A stretch of DNA of 64,000 nt, from contig JBNKBE010000004.1 of the NCBI GenBank assembly GCA_050287085.1, forward strand, positions 224,288 to 288,287, read 5' to 3'. This stretch comes from Polyangiaceae bacterium. Lineage in GTDB: Bacteria; Myxococcota_A; Polyangia; Polyangiales; Polyangiaceae. Shown in pieces: positions 37,091 through 48,816 of this stretch. Under the pieces are notes generated by a model that searched no databases, was not told the DNA's origin, and worked only from the letters and a program-made list of their open reading frames with translations. Made by a program: the position numbers and the translations under genes. How positions within the stretch are numbered: the stretch's first letter is position 1; each line of letters begins with the position of its first letter.

Positions 37091-37200
37091 CGCGGACTGG
37101 CATCCTCCTGGCCCCCGCGCCCGGAAAACGGGCCGCGCGACCTCGCCGGCCTCACCACTGAGCTCAGGCAGCTCGTATCACGCAGAAAGACCACCGCCTC

Positions 37201-40200
37201 ATGCCTATGCCCCCCAGTACCGGACTGTACGATCCCCGCTTTGAGCACGACGCCTGTGGCTTCGGCTTCGTAGCGGACATCAAGGGGCGCGCGTCCCACG
37301 AGATCGTGCGCAAGGGCATTCAGATCCTGGTCAATCTAGTTCACCGCGGAGCTTGCGGCTGTGATCCGCTGACCGGAGACGGCGCTGGCTTGCTGCTGCA
37401 GATCCCCGATGAGTTTTTCCGGGCGAAGACGCGCGATCTCGGCATCGAGCTTCCACCGGTCGGACAGTACGGGGTCGGCTTTGTCTTTTTGCCGCGGGAC
37501 CCGGTCAAACGTCGAGCCTGCGAGCAGACGCTGGAAGATCGAATCCTTGGCACTGGACAGAAGGTCCTCGGCTGGCGCGACGTGCCGGTGGATGAGCAGA
37601 AGTGCGGTACTCTGGCGCGCCAATCGATGCCGACGATGCGGCAGATCTTCGTGGGTTCTACCTGCGCCGACCAGGATACGTTCGAGCGCAAGCTCTATGT
37701 CATTCGGAAGTGGGCAGAGAACACCGTGGCTCAGGAAGGCACGGGGGGGCACCTCTACTTGCCGAGCCTTTCTTCACGGACGATTGTCTACAAGGGGATG
37801 CTGCTGGCGGAGCAACTGGAGCAGTTCTATCTGGATTTCGCCGACGAGAGCATGACCTCGGCGCTTGCGATGGTCCATCAGCGCTTCAGCACGAATACCT
37901 TCCCGGCATGGGAGCTCGCCCAGCCATTTCACCTTTTGTGTCACAACGGCGAAATCAACACGGTGCGCGGCAACGTCGCCTGGATGCGAGCGCGGGAGCA
38001 ACTCTTTGAGGACGTGGGGTTTGGCGAGGATGCCGCCCATGTGCACCCCATCATCACACCGGATGCCAGTGACTCGGCGTCTCTCGATAACGCGGTTGAG
38101 GCTCTGTTTCATGGCGGTCGAGGCCTGCCCCACGTCATGATGATGTTGGTGCCGGAAGCGTGGCAACACGACCCCCTGATGACCCAGGAGAAGCGCGACT
38201 TCTACGAGTATCACTCGTGCTTGATGGAGCCCTGGGATGGGCCTGCCGCTCTCGCCTTCACGGACGGCCGCTGCATCGGAGCGATCTTGGACCGCAATGG
38301 ACTTCGGCCCGCGCGCTGGCTTATCACCCAGGACGACCTCGTCGTGATGGGCTCCGAAAGCGGCGTACTGGAGTTCAATCCGACGGACGTCGTGCGTCGT
38401 GGACGCTTGGAACCCGGCAAGATGTTCCTGGTCGATCTCGAAGCAGGACAAGTGATCGAAGATGCCGCGATCAAGGGCCAGCTGGCCGCGCGCAAGCCGT
38501 ACGGCGAATGGTTGAAGAACAATACCATCCGCATTGCTGACCTGAATGCTCCCGGCTTGGCTGTACCGGAAGAGACGTTGCCGCTAACGCAATTGCAGCG
38601 CGTCTTCGGCTACACGCTAGAAGACCTGCGGCTCTTGATAGGGCCGATGGCGGCCAACGGGGCCGAAGCCACCGGGTCGATGGGAACGGACACACCGCTG
38701 GCCGTGTTGAGCGACGAGCCACAGCTGCTTTACAACTACTTCAAGCAGCACTTTGCTCAGGTAACCAATCCTCCGATCGATCCGATCCGCGAAGAAATGG
38801 TCATGAGCCTTCGGACCTATATCGGACCTGAGGGTAACCTGCTTCAAGAGCTGCCGGATCAAGCACAACGTCTGGAACTACCCCATCCGATCATCACCAA
38901 CGCCGATCTAGCGCGACTTCGGGAGGCGAACGTATTTCAACAGCGTAAGCCGCCTACCCTGGAAATGCTCTACACGGTGGCGGATGGCGAAAAGGGCCTG
39001 AAGAAGTGCCTTGACGAGCTCTGTCGCCAGGCTTCGGTGGCCATCCAGGAGGAGCATAGTTTCGTCATCATCAGCGACCGAGGTGCGAGCGCCGAGCGGG
39101 CCCCTGTTCCGGCCCTGCTGGCTACGGCGGCAGTCCACCATCACCTGGTCCGTGCCGGAACACGGATGCGCATTGGCATCATCGTTGAAACGGGCGAGGC
39201 GCGTGAAGTTCATCACTTCTGCTTGCTGACGGGATTCGGCGCGGGTGCCGTCAACCCTTACCTGGCCTTCGACACGATCTCAGACATGGTTCGCTCCGGT
39301 GCCCTTCCTGGGACCACCGACGTCGCCGCAGCCCAGGTTGCCTACACCAAGGCGATCAACAAGGGCATCAAGAAGGTGATGAGCAAGATGGGGATCAGCA
39401 CGTTGCAGAGCTACTGTGGCGCGCAGATCTTCGAAGCTATCGGACTCGCTTCGGACCTCGTAGAGCGCTACTTCACCGGGACCGCGAGTCGCATATCCGG
39501 TCTCGGCCTGGATGGGCTGGCACAGGAGACATCGGTTCGCCACGCGCAGGCGTTTCCGCGGGGAGGCCGTCCGCAGCTGGGCCTGGGGGGCAACTACCAT
39601 TTCCGCGCCCAGGGGGAACGTCACCTGTGGAGTCCGCGAGTGGTGGGCGCGCTTCAGCGGGCCGTCCGCCTCGAAGACGCGAAGAGCTACGAGGAGTACC
39701 GCGATCTGATCAACGATCAGGCGCGGGGGCCGATCACACTGCGTGGCCTGCTCACCTTCCGTTCTTCGACGCGTTCGATTCCGTTGACGGAGGTTGAGCC
39801 GGCAAAGGAGATCGTGAAGCGTTTCACGACGGGAGCGATGAGTTTCGGCTCGATCAGTGCTGAAGCTCACGAAACGCTCGCGCTTGCGATGAATGAGATC
39901 GGCGGCAAGAGCAACACCGGCGAGGGTGGCGAGAAGCCAGACCGATTCCATGACGGCCGACGCAGTGCGATCAAGCAGGTTGCTTCCGGACGCTTCGGGG
40001 TAACCATCCATTATTTGGTTAATTCCGACGAGATTCAAATCAAGATCGCGCAAGGGGCCAAGCCTGGTGAAGGTGGGCAGCTGCCAGGGCATAAGGTCAA
40101 CGGTATCATCGCCAAGACCCGAAATTCGACGCCCGGAGTCACGCTGATCTCCCCACCCCCTCATCACGATATCTATTCGATCGAGGACTTGGCTCAGCTG

Positions 40201-41709
40201 ATTTTCGACCTCAAGATGTCGAACCCGTCTTCGAGGATCAGCGTTAAGCTCGTTGCGGAGGCGGGTGTTGGCACGATTGCCGCGGGCGTCGCAAAGGCAC
40301 ATGCCGATGTGATCTTGATTTCCGGTCATGACGGTGGAACCGGCGCCTCTCCCCTGACGTCGATCAAACACGCTGGCACGACGTGGGAGCTCGGACTCGC
40401 TGAAACCCACCAAGTGTTGGTGCTAAACGACCTCAGAAGCCGGGTAACGCTGCAGACCGACGGTCAATTGCGCACAGGTCGAGACGTCGTGATTGCCGCG
40501 ATGTTGGGCGCAGAGGAGTTTGGGTTTGCCACGGCGCCTCTGGTTGCCACCGGCTGTATTCTGATGCGCAAGTGCCATCTCAACACGTGTCCGGTCGGTA
40601 TCGCGACTCAAGACGAGGCGCTGAGGAAGAAGTTCGCGGGTAAGCCAGAACACGTCGTCAACTTCATGTTCTACGTTGCCGAAGAGGTGCGCCAGATCAT
40701 GGCTGAGCTAGGATTCCGCACCGTCGACGAGCTTGTTGGGCGAGCCGATATGTTGACGATGCGCGAGACGGAGCATTGGAAAGCCAAGAGCTTGGATCTT
40801 TCGGCCTTATTGCGCCGCGCGGACGCCGGTCCATCGGTTGGCACCCGCAAGCAGCAAGAGCAGGACCACGGTGTCGACCGAACGCTCGACGTGGGGTTGC
40901 TCCAGCGCTGCGCCCCGGCCCTGGAAAGCGGAACTCCCGTGGAGTTTCGCCAGCGCATTTACAACGTGGATCGGACTGCCGGGACCCGTCTATCGGGCGA
41001 AGTAGCACGTCGCTACGGTGCCAAGGGACTTCCGCCGGGCACCATTCGCATCCACTTTCACGGCACAGCGGGTCAGAGCTTCGGCGCCTTCCTAGCTACG
41101 GGCATGGAGTTCCACCTTTCCGGTGACGCCAACGACTACGTGGGCAAGGGCCTATCGGGTGGCGTCATCAGCGTAAGACATGCCGAGGGAAGCCCCTACC
41201 CCAGTCACGAGAACATTCTCATCGGCAATGTGGTGCTCTACGGTGCGACGGCAGGTACCGCCTTCTTCGCGGGCATCGCGGGTGAGCGCTTCTGCGTTCG
41301 CAACAGTGGTGCCACAGCGGTGGTCGAAGGGGTGGGAGACCATGGTTGTGAGTACATGACGGGCGGCACCGTCGTCGTGCTTGGAAGCGTTGGTCGCAAC
41401 TTCGCCGCCGGAATGAGCGGCGGGCTCGCATATATCTTGGACAGCGACGGGATGTTCTCAAAGCTCTGCAATCACGAGATGGTCGATCTCGTGGCTCCGA
41501 CCGCGGAGGAGCTCGAACATGTTCGTCATCTGGTGCAGGAGCACGTGCGCCACACCCACAGCGGTCATGCGCAGCGACTGCTGACGGATTGGGACGCGAC
41601 GAGTAGTGCGTTCATCAAGGTGTTCCCCCACGAGTACCGGCGTGTGCTGGAGCTGGGTCGGGCGCGCACCGAGTCCACAGTTCCACAGAGTCTGCGAGCG
41701 TCCACCTGA
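37201..41709 (+). CDS. gltB: Glutamate synthase large subunit
   Basis: 'EHDACGFGF' (N-terminal catalytic Cys), 'HQRFSTNT', 'HNGEINT', '[11 protein letters not shown]', '[16 protein letters not shown]', '[15 protein letters not shown]', GXGXG domain. Confidence 0.99.
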   Translation: MPMPPSTGLYDPRFEHDACGFGFVADIKGRASHEIVRKGIQILVNLVHRGACGCDPLTGDGAGLLLQIPDEFFRAKTRDLGIELPPVGQYGVGFVFLPRDPVKRRACEQTLEDRILGTGQKVLGWRDVPVDEQKCGTLARQSMPTMRQIFVGSTCADQDTFERKLYVIRKWAENTVAQEGTGGHLYLPSLSSRTIVYKGMLLAEQLEQFYLDFADESMTSALAMVHQRFSTNTFPAWELAQPFHLLCHNGEINTVRGNVAWMRAREQLFEDVGFGEDAAHVHPIITPDASDSASLDNAVEALFHGGRGLPHVMMMLVPEAWQHDPLMTQEKRDFYEYHSCLMEPWDGPAALAFTDGRCIGAILDRNGLRPARWLITQDDLVVMGSESGVLEFNPTDVVRRGRLEPGKMFLVDLEAGQVIEDAAIKGQLAARKPYGEWLKNNTIRIADLNAPGLAVPEETLPLTQLQRVFGYTLEDLRLLIGPMAANGAEATGSMGTDTPLAVLSDEPQLLYNYFKQHFAQVTNPPIDPIREEMVMSLRTYIGPEGNLLQELPDQAQRLELPHPIITNADLARLREANVFQQRKPPTLEMLYTVADGEKGLKKCLDELCRQASVAIQEEHSFVIISDRGASAERAPVPALLATAAVHHHLVRAGTRMRIGIIVETGEAREVHHFCLLTGFGAGAVNPYLAFDTISDMVRSGALPGTTDVAAAQVAYTKAINKGIKKVMSKMGISTLQSYCGAQIFEAIGLASDLVERYFTGTASRISGLGLDGLAQETSVRHAQAFPRGGRPQLGLGGNYHFRAQGERHLWSPRVVGALQRAVRLEDAKSYEEYRDLINDQARGPITLRGLLTFRSSTRSIPLTEVEPAKEIVKRFTTGAMSFGSISAEAHETLALAMNEIGGKSNTGEGGEKPDRFHDGRRSAIKQVASGRFGVTIHYLVNSDEIQIKIAQGAKPGEGGQLPGHKVNGIIAKTRNSTPGVTLISPPPHHDIYSIEDLAQLIFDLKMSNPSSRISVKLVAEAGVGTIAAGVAKAHADVILISGHDGGTGASPLTSIKHAGTTWELGLAETHQVLVLNDLRSRVTLQTDGQLRTGRDVVIAAMLGAEEFGFATAPLVATGCILMRKCHLNTCPVGIATQDEALRKKFAGKPEHVVNFMFYVAEEVRQIMAELGFRTVDELVGRADMLTMRETEHWKAKSLDLSALLRRADAGPSVGTRKQQEQDHGVDRTLDVGLLQRCAPALESGTPVEFRQRIYNVDRTAGTRLSGEVARRYGAKGLPPGTIRIHFHGTAGQSFGAFLATGMEFHLSGDANDYVGKGLSGGVISVRHAEGSPYPSHENILIGNVVLYGATAGTAFFAGIAGERFCVRNSGATAVVEGVGDHGCEYMTGGTVVVLGSVGRNFAAGMSGGLAYILDSDGMFSKLCNHEMVDLVAPTAEELEHVRHLVQEHVRHTHSGHAQRLLTDWDATSSAFIKVFPHEYRRVLELGRARTESTVPQSLRAST

Positions 41710-41737
41710 GGCCCAAGAGCGAACGAGAGATACCAAC

Positions 41738-43186
41738 GTGGGAAAAGTAACTGGCTTCGTCGAGTACCAACGCAAGACCGCTGAAAAGCGCGCCGTAAGA
41801 GAGCGTGTCCGGGATTATCGGGAGTTTGAACTTCCGGTTCTCCAAGAGGAGTTACAGCGGCAGGGAGCTCGCTGCATGGACTGCGGCATTCCCTTCTGCA
41901 ACACCGGTTGTCCCCTGGGGAACCTGATCCCGGACTGGAATGACCATGTGTACCGCGACGATTGGGAAGCGGCTATCGCGTCGCTGCATGCAACCAACAA
42001 CTTCCCTGAAGTGACCGGGCGAGTCTGTCCGGCGCCTTGTGAAGCGGCTTGTGTGCTCAACATCAACGACTCTGCGGTTTCCATCAAGTTGATCGAGAAA
42101 TCGATCGTAGACCGTGCGATTGAGGCCCATGGCTTACCCCCAGAGCCGACGGCACCGAAGACCGGCAAGAAGGTGGCGGTGGTGGGCTCCGGTCCTGCCG
42201 GCCTGGCGGCGGCGCAACAGCTCTGTCGCGCCGGCCACGACGTGACTGTCTTCGAGAAGGACGATCGTCTCGGAGGCTTGCTGATGTACGGTATCCCCGA
42301 CTTCAAGCTCGAGAAGCGCGTCATAGAGCGGCGGATCGAGCAAATGAGACTCGAAGGGGTCGTCTTCCGCACTGGTGTGAACGTGGGTGTAGAACTCAGT
42401 GCCAGCACCCTCCGAAAGGACTTCGATGCGATCTGTCTGGCCGGCGGCTCGCGCGTTCCGCGTGACCTGCCCGCCAAGGGACGCGAGCTCAAGGGTGTCC
42501 ATTTCGCGATGGACTTTTTGGAGCAACAGAACCGCCGGGTTGCGGGAGACAAGATCCCCAAAGCGATGGAAATCGTGGCCACCGACAAGCACGTGGTTGT
42601 GATCGGCGGCGGTGATACAGGCAGCGACTGTATCGGCACATCCCATCGTCAGAACGCCAAGAGCGTGACCAATTTCGAGATCATGCCAGAGCCGCCTGCG
42701 ACTCGCAGTCCCGCTGTGCCGTGGCCATTGTGGCCTTTGATGCTGCGCACGTCGTCCAGTCACGAAGAGGGGGGCGAGCGTCGCTTCAGCGTGATGACCA
42801 AAGAGATCGTCGGAAAAGCCGGCAACGTGGCGGAGCTGAAGTGTGTGGAAGTACAGGTCGTCGACGGCGCCTTAACGGAGGTCAGTGGCTCCGAGTTCAC
42901 CCTGCCTGCGGACTTGGTCTTGCTCGCGATGGGTTTCGTTCATCCCGAGAAGACCGGACTTCTGGAACAGCTTGGAGTCGAGCTGACGGATCGCGGGAAC
43001 GTCAAGGTCGGAGACAACTTTGAAACCTCCGTGCCCGGCGTTTTTGCTGCCGGTGACATGCAGCGCGGACAGTCGCTGGTTGTGTGGGCGATCACCGACG
43101 GTCGCAAGGCGGCGCGGGCCATTGACGAGTACTTGACCGGGAAGTCCGAGCTAGAAACGTCACGAGCCGCTGGGGTCATTCGCTAG
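41738..43186 (+). CDS. gltD: Glutamate synthase small subunit
   Basis: '[13 protein letters not shown]', '[10 protein letters not shown]', 'GSGPAGL', '[10 protein letters not shown]', '[10 protein letters not shown]'. Confidence 0.98.
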   Translation: MGKVTGFVEYQRKTAEKRAVRERVRDYREFELPVLQEELQRQGARCMDCGIPFCNTGCPLGNLIPDWNDHVYRDDWEAAIASLHATNNFPEVTGRVCPAPCEAACVLNINDSAVSIKLIEKSIVDRAIEAHGLPPEPTAPKTGKKVAVVGSGPAGLAAAQQLCRAGHDVTVFEKDDRLGGLLMYGIPDFKLEKRVIERRIEQMRLEGVVFRTGVNVGVELSASTLRKDFDAICLAGGSRVPRDLPAKGRELKGVHFAMDFLEQQNRRVAGDKIPKAMEIVATDKHVVVIGGGDTGSDCIGTSHRQNAKSVTNFEIMPEPPATRSPAVPWPLWPLMLRTSSSHEEGGERRFSVMTKEIVGKAGNVAELKCVEVQVVDGALTEVSGSEFTLPADLVLLAMGFVHPEKTGLLEQLGVELTDRGNVKVGDNFETSVPGVFAAGDMQRGQSLVVWAITDGRKAARAIDEYLTGKSELETSRAAGVIR

Positions 43187-43265
43187 CCACCTCTGAAGCC
43201 ACACCCCGCTGGGGTTTCGCGTGCCGAGGTCGGGGCGCGGTACCTTGGCGGGCTCCCCCACGGCG

Positions 43266-43976
43266 TCAGCGTCCGTCTTCGAAGCCCGAAACAATAGCGG
43301 CGCGGACGCGTTCCATGGTGTCACGGATCGACGCCTGCGCGATCTCCTCGGGCGAGATGGCGGGATGTATCCGCACTGATACGTCGCGGCCACGGTGGAC
43401 CTGCCGGTCGCCGGGGCAGTGCACGTCGTGAGTTCCCCGCACTGTAACGGGCAGAATGGGGACCCTCGCCGACTTGGCGAGATGAAAGCCTCCGGTCTTG
43501 AAAGCTCCCACTGTGCCATCGGTGCTGCGGGTGCCCTCGGGGGCAATCCATACCGAGAGCCCCAGCTGTTTGAGGCGCTGCTCGGCGTTGCCCAGTTGGG
43601 TGATGGCCTTGCGCCGAGCCTTGCGATCGATTTCAACAAAGCCCGACTCCGTCATCGCACGTCCCATCAAGGGAATCGAGAACAGCTCCTTCTTGGCGAT
43701 CATTCGCAATGGGATGCCTGTTGCCTGAAACACCACGGGTATGTCGTAGTGGCTCTGATGATTGCTCATCACGATGTAGGGCGTGCCGTCCGCGATATGC
43801 TCCCGACCTTCTACCTGCATTTTGATTTGGGCCTGCGCGACGAGTCTCTTTGACCAGCTCGCAAGCCGTGCATTGCAAGCGGCCATGTCGGTGCGCCCGA
43901 TGGCAGCCTGGAGGATGGTGGGAACGCTGATGACCGCGGTTTCCCACGCGGCTTGAGCTAAGATCCAATATCCCAT
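43266..43976 (-). CDS. plsC: 1-acyl-sn-glycerol-3-phosphate acyltransferase family protein
   Basis: 'SNHQSHYDIP', 'IAKKEL', 'EIDR', 'APEGTRS', 'FKTGGF'. Confidence 0.9.
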   Translation of the reverse strand: MGYWILAQAAWETAVISVPTILQAAIGRTDMAACNARLASWSKRLVAQAQIKMQVEGREHIADGTPYIVMSNHQSHYDIPVVFQATGIPLRMIAKKELFSIPLMGRAMTESGFVEIDRKARRKAITQLGNAEQRLKQLGLSVWIAPEGTRSTDGTVGAFKTGGFHLAKSARVPILPVTVRGTHDVHCPGDRQVHRGRDVSVRIHPAISPEEIAQASIRDTMERVRAAIVSGFEDGR

Positions 43977-44096
43977 GAGCGCTGTGTAGCGGGTGCGCTG
44001 GCCTGCGTCTTCATGCAGCGCAAGCGGCGCCAAGCTTGGCGTCCGGCCATTCGGTGGCAGCGTTCCTTCCCCAGGGGTATGGGCAGCAGGACCAGC

Positions 44097-45695
44097 CTAG
44101 GGCTGGATGTGGACCAGGGTTCCCTGCGCAAATGTGTTGCCGGCATCACTCCCGTGCCAGTGCTCTGGTACGTCCGGCGTCGACCACTGAAAGACGTAGC
44201 GCGCGTCTATCGGCGATAGGTTAACGCATCCGTGTGAACGCGGCCGCCCGAAGTCGTCGTGCCAGTAGGCTCCGTGAAGCGCGTAGCCCCCCTTGAAGTA
44301 CATGACCCACGGTACATCCCGTAGCTCATATTCCTTGTCGGCCGCGTTGGAGTCCATCGTTGTGGTGACGTGCTTCTGGTATATACGGAAAGTACCCTGG
44401 GGGGTGCTGAGGGTCGTATCGGGGTCAGCTAGGCCGTCACGCCCCGTTGACACCAAGGTCGCGTAGACGGGCGTTGCTCCTTCCCAGAGCACCAGGCTTT
44501 GGTTGAGCAGAGATATCTGGATCCAGCGCCGGTCCCCCGTGGCAAACCACGGCAGGTCTCGCGGCTTGGTCGCGGTTTTAACATCCGCGCTACGAACCCA
44601 TAGGCCCCCCTGCACTTCGGCCATCCGCACCCCACCCAGGCGCCGCACTTTTCCGGTCAAGGCCAAGAACTCTCGGGGCTTGAGTCGCTGTCCGCGCGTC
44701 AGTTGCCCGTTTTCGTGGCGCCAGAGGGAAGCCCCCGGCTTGTAGGCGAATGCCACGGGCAGGCCAATCTCTCTCAGGGCCACGCCGTGGAAGGCAGATG
44801 CGGCGTCCGGCTTGAGCTTGTCTGCGGGGATGAGCCGACCGTCTGTTGTTACCGAGAAGCCGCGTCCCCCAGCGCGCTCGTCGGCCTTGAAGCTCGTTAG
44901 CAGCGCGACGCCCGCGTGGCGTTTGATGCGTCCCGCCATCACCGCGTAGGCGGGGGCTCGAAATTCCGAAACATTGGCGATATGGCGTTTCCCGTCGGCA
45001 AGCCACCAAGGAGCGGTCGCCTCTTCGCTCCCTCCGAGGCGCTGCAGCAAGCTTGCGGACTGTGGTTCGGTGGGTGGCTCCCCTGCCGCCAAGCCGTCGG
45101 TCGAAAGTGGCACATCATTGGCCCCCACCTCGACTTGGTTCCATTCGCTGGCGAACTTCTTGAAGTTACGCAGGTGGCGTCCGAGGCGCATTTCGCGCCG
45201 TTCCTGTTCCGCTTTGTCTGGAACGCGCAAATAGTTCGGCGCGGTAGCCCGCACGAACGCGTAGGCATAAGGCATGGCCTGGTCGCGCTTGGGTTCCTGG
45301 GTGAAGGCACGAACCAGTGGGTCCTCCATGTCCAAGGTCACTTGGTCGTCAGCGCAGACGTAGCCAACCGGTCGCACGGCGTACCATCCTGCTGGACAGT
45401 CCTGTCGGGATACGGGTTCGGGGGAGCGAGCAACGCGAGCGCCGAGCCGCAGGTAACCAATCCGCTTAGCCCCGGTCTCGGGACGCTCGTGGACGATAAC
45501 GGCCAGCGCTGTGGGGGCGAGAAAGGGGCCATCGGCGTCCGGCACCGGGACTTGGGCTAGCAAGTCGAGGGGCAACTCCGGCGTCACGTCTCTTGAGTGT
45601 GTGGTGTCGGGTAGCTGGGCCGGCTCCTGCGCGCATCCCGCGGTCAACGCCAACAGGCCGCTCCAGATTGCTGCGATAGGGCTAGGACAACGCAT
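44097..45695 (-). CDS. L,D-transpeptidase family lipoprotein
   Basis: Lipobox 'LALTAG-C'. C-terminal YkuD domain 'VSTG...TPQGTFRI...ALHGAYWHDDFGRPRSHGCVNL'. Confidence 0.92.
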   Translation of the reverse strand: MRCPSPIAAIWSGLLALTAGCAQEPAQLPDTTHSRDVTPELPLDLLAQVPVPDADGPFLAPTALAVIVHERPETGAKRIGYLRLGARVARSPEPVSRQDCPAGWYAVRPVGYVCADDQVTLDMEDPLVRAFTQEPKRDQAMPYAYAFVRATAPNYLRVPDKAEQERREMRLGRHLRNFKKFASEWNQVEVGANDVPLSTDGLAAGEPPTEPQSASLLQRLGGSEEATAPWWLADGKRHIANVSEFRAPAYAVMAGRIKRHAGVALLTSFKADERAGGRGFSVTTDGRLIPADKLKPDAASAFHGVALREIGLPVAFAYKPGASLWRHENGQLTRGQRLKPREFLALTGKVRRLGGVRMAEVQGGLWVRSADVKTATKPRDLPWFATGDRRWIQISLLNQSLVLWEGATPVYATLVSTGRDGLADPDTTLSTPQGTFRIYQKHVTTTMDSNAADKEYELRDVPWVMYFKGGYALHGAYWHDDFGRPRSHGCVNLSPIDARYVFQWSTPDVPEHWHGSDAGNTFAQGTLVHIQP

Positions 45696-46081
45696 CGTTG
45701 TCCCCTGCCAGAAGGATAGCGAGTCGGCCCAATATTCGGCAGGCGATGGCCTACTGCCGAAATTTGATCTCCTAGTATTCCATCCGCCCCTCCGGGCGCT
45801 GATCTCTGTTGGAATAATTCTGGCACCTTCTGCGGCCTAGGATGGTACTGTGCGAGACGCCCACGGCCCAGAGGGTGCGTCCCGCGCTGTCTGTCGCTAG
45901 CTGGGAACGTAGAGGCGACCCCAGTGGAGCCGCCTTAGGGAATGCCTCACGTCGAGGCATTGCCACAAGCTCGGAGTGGCGTGCGCGGCACGCCGCCGTC
46001 AGGCAACCCGATGGCCCTGCGGATTCGCCCTCCCCGCTCACCGAGAAGAACCGCTTTTATTCACCAAGACAGACGGAGCCC

Positions 46082-47377
46082 ATGTCAACGCGCGACACAC
46101 TCACGATCACGGACAACCGAACCGGCAAGACCTACGAACTGGCCATCACCGACGACACGATTCGGGCGCTGGAGCTTCGCCAGATCAAGGTTGAAGCATC
46201 GGATTTTGGAATGATGACCTACGACCCGGCGTTCACGAACACCGCCTCGTGCCGTTCCTCGATCACGTATATCGACGGGGAGCGAGGCATTCTCAAACAC
46301 CGCGGCTATTCGATTGAGGACCTCGCTGACAACTGCACCTTCCCGGAAGTCGCCTACCTCCTCTTCAACGGCGATCTGCCGAACAAAGATCAACTCGCAG
46401 ATTTCGGCACTCGCGTCGCTCGCGCGCAGACCATCCCGGACAACTTTCGGTCAATGATGAGCACCTTCCGTTACGACGCGCACCCCATGGGCATGCTGGC
46501 CGCCAGTGTTGCTGCCCTGGGCACATTCGCGCCCGAATCGAAGGATGTTCTCGATGCCGACATTCGTCGTCAGCACATGATCGCCTTGACCGCGAAAATG
46601 CCGACGCTCGGCGCATGGGCATATCGCCACATCAAAGAACTGCCCTTCGTCGATCCGGATCCGGAGCGGCCCTACACCGAGAACTTCCTCGCGATGCTGA
46701 AGCAGGCGGGCGCCTCCAAGTACGTCGCAGATCCTGACGTTGTGAGAGCGATGGACGTCCTATTCATCCTGCACGCAGATCACGAGCAGAACTGTTCGAC
46801 CAACACCATGCGTGCGGTCGGAAGCTCCCACGCCGATCCCTATTCAGCTGTTTCAGCGGCCTGTTCCGCACTCTATGGCCCGCTGCACGGCGGTGCCAAC
46901 GAGGCCGTGTTGCGGATGCTCCGACAGATTGGTACAGCCAGCGCCGTCAAGGACTTCATTCAGGGAGTGAAGGAAGGCACTGGCGGGCGTCTGATGGGCT
47001 TCGGGCATCGGGTGTACAAGAACTACGATCCGCGTGCCAAGGTCATCAAGAAGCTAGCTGACCGAGTATTCGAGATCCTGGGACGGACAAACCCACTGCT
47101 CCAGGTGGCTCAAGAGCTGGAGAAGCACGCGCTAGAGGACGACTACTTCGCAAAGCGCAAGCTGTATCCAAACGTGGATTTCTATTCTGGTCTCATCTAC
47201 GAGGCCCTGGAGATCCCTGTCTCATTGTTCCCGGTCCTTTTCGCCATTCCGCGAACTGTCGGTTGGCTGGCTCAGTGGGAGGAGATGCTCGTCGATGCTG
47301 ATCAGCGCATCGCGCGACCGCGTCAGATCTACACGGGGCACGTAGAGCGCAAGGTTGTGCCCCTGCCTCAGCGCTGA
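46082..47377 (+). CDS. gltA: Citrate synthase
   Basis: 'ITYIDGERGIL.HRGY', 'LHADHEQNCST', 'GPLHGGANE', 'LMGFGHRVYKNYDPRA', 'LYPNVDFYSG'. Confidence 0.98.
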   Translation: MSTRDTLTITDNRTGKTYELAITDDTIRALELRQIKVEASDFGMMTYDPAFTNTASCRSSITYIDGERGILKHRGYSIEDLADNCTFPEVAYLLFNGDLPNKDQLADFGTRVARAQTIPDNFRSMMSTFRYDAHPMGMLAASVAALGTFAPESKDVLDADIRRQHMIALTAKMPTLGAWAYRHIKELPFVDPDPERPYTENFLAMLKQAGASKYVADPDVVRAMDVLFILHADHEQNCSTNTMRAVGSSHADPYSAVSAACSALYGPLHGGANEAVLRMLRQIGTASAVKDFIQGVKEGTGGRLMGFGHRVYKNYDPRAKVIKKLADRVFEILGRTNPLLQVAQELEKHALEDDYFAKRKLYPNVDFYSGLIYEALEIPVSLFPVLFAIPRTVGWLAQWEEMLVDADQRIARPRQIYTGHVERKVVPLPQR

Positions 47378-47405
47378 GGATTCGGTCGATCTCTGTCCGT
47401 CAGTG

Positions 47406-47444
47406 GAACCCCGCGGAGAGTGCTCTTGCGGGGTTCGCTCTTTT
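47406..47444 (+). terminator. Intrinsic terminator after gltA
   Basis: GAACCCCGC...GCGGGGTTC stem followed by GCTCTTTT. Confidence 0.75.
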
Positions 47445-47515
47445 GTTCTGCCCGGATCACATGCGACGCGAGGGTTGCTCAGTGTGAAGCCCTAAGTCTA
47501 GACTGCCACGGCAAC

Positions 47516-47848
47516 ATGTCACCTTCCGATCTGGTCTCACTTCTCCGCTCGCGTTTGCAGCGCTCCCCGGCGACGGTGGCGACGGACGATGTGCGGACTG
47601 TTGTCGTGGCCTTCAACGACGGCGACCCCGTCTGCACCCTGTGTTTCGAGCCGGAGCCTCGAGTCGTGGAGAACGAGCCGGCGCCCGCACGCGCGTGCTG
47701 GGTTCGGCTCACCGGCTCTGACTTTGAGCGGCTGCTTCGCGATCGTTGCAATGTCCAGCAGCTGCTCTTCAGCGGTCACTTGGAGGCCGACGGGGAGCTG
47801 CTCTGGCTCCGAGAGCTGAACAAGCTCGGAGGGTGTCTTGATGCCTGA
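47516..47848 (+). CDS. SCP2 sterol-binding domain protein
   Basis: 'CWVRLTGSDFERLL...NVQQLLFSGHLEADGE...L.EL' matches the SCP2 C-terminal signature. Confidence 0.75.
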   Translation: MSPSDLVSLLRSRLQRSPATVATDDVRTVVVAFNDGDPVCTLCFEPEPRVVENEPAPARACWVRLTGSDFERLLRDRCNVQQLLFSGHLEADGELLWLRELNKLGGCLDA

Positions 47849-48704
47849 GCCCCGAATATATTATCTCGGCCCCGAGGGAACATTCTGCCACGCGGCGGCT
47901 CTCTCCCGCTTCGGCACCCGCGCTCCTCTGCAGGGTTGCCAGGACATTCCGAGTATCTTCGAGGCTCTGGCTCAAGACAGCAGTGCCAAGGCGATCGTAC
48001 CCATCGAGAATACCACGGAGGGCACGGTGAACATGACGCTCGATGCGTTGCTTCGCTACCCAGACTTGACCTTCGTGGGTGAGATCATCGTACCCGTGGA
48101 GCAATGCTTGCTGGGCTTGGGTTCGTTCGAGACGATCGATGCGGTCTACTCTCATCCCCACGGGTTAGCTCAGTGCCGGGGCTGGTTGCGCGCCCATCTA
48201 CCTGCGGCTCGCCTGGTGAGCAGCGGCTCGACCGCGCTTGCGGCTCAGCGCGTCGCCAATATTCCGACCGCTGCGGCCATCGCGAGCGAGCTCGCCGGCA
48301 CCTACGCGGGTCTTTCCGTACTGGCGCGCGGGATCCAAGACGGTCTCAACAACAAGACGCGCTTCATCGTACTTGGGCACTCGCGAGCCCCCGCCAGCGG
48401 CGCGGACAAGACAAGTATCGTGTTCGGAGCACCACACGAGCGCGGGGCTCTGTATCGAACGCTCGGCATTTTCGAACGCGAGGGATTGAATCTCACCAAG
48501 ATCGAATCCCGCCCCATGGCGGGAAAGAACTGGCAGTACGTGTTCTTCGCTGATCTGGAGGGTCACCGAGACGAGGCACCCGTGGGGCGTGCGCTGGCCC
48601 AGCTGGAGCGGAATGGACAGCTGCTTCAGTGGCTTGGAAGCTATCCCCGCGCTCTGGAAACTGCCAAGTGCGATGACGCGGTGTCTCCTGCTGTCGATGG
48701 CTGA
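47841..48704 (+). CDS. pheA: Prephenate dehydratase (PDT + ACT)
   Basis: 'YLGPEGTF', 'VPIENTTEG', 'SHPHGLAQC', 'NKTRFIV', 'NLTKIESRP', 'LGSYP'. No chorismate mutase domain. Confidence 0.95.
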   Translation: MPEPRIYYLGPEGTFCHAAALSRFGTRAPLQGCQDIPSIFEALAQDSSAKAIVPIENTTEGTVNMTLDALLRYPDLTFVGEIIVPVEQCLLGLGSFETIDAVYSHPHGLAQCRGWLRAHLPAARLVSSGSTALAAQRVANIPTAAAIASELAGTYAGLSVLARGIQDGLNNKTRFIVLGHSRAPASGADKTSIVFGAPHERGALYRTLGIFEREGLNLTKIESRPMAGKNWQYVFFADLEGHRDEAPVGRALAQLERNGQLLQWLGSYPRALETAKCDDAVSPAVDG

Positions 48705-48736
48705 AATCGATTCGCTAGTTCCGATCCGGCCCCGGG

Positions 48737-48783
48737 TCGTCGGGTCACGGCCTCGTCGGGTCACGGCCTCGTCGCGTCACGGC
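48737..48783. repeat. 3 x 16-bp intergenic tandem repeat
   Basis: TCGTCGGGTCACGGCC twice, then TCGTCGCGTCACGGC. Confidence 0.9.
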
Positions 48784-48816
48784 GGTGCAGCGACGTGTAG
48801 AGGCCTGCGAGAGCTC

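Noticed and set aside
37336..42763. Numerous long antisense ORFs within gltBD (similar ones lie across the acyl-CoA dehydrogenase, tsf and oadA)
   Set aside because: Expected stop-poor shadow frames of GC-biased genes, with no protein motifs.
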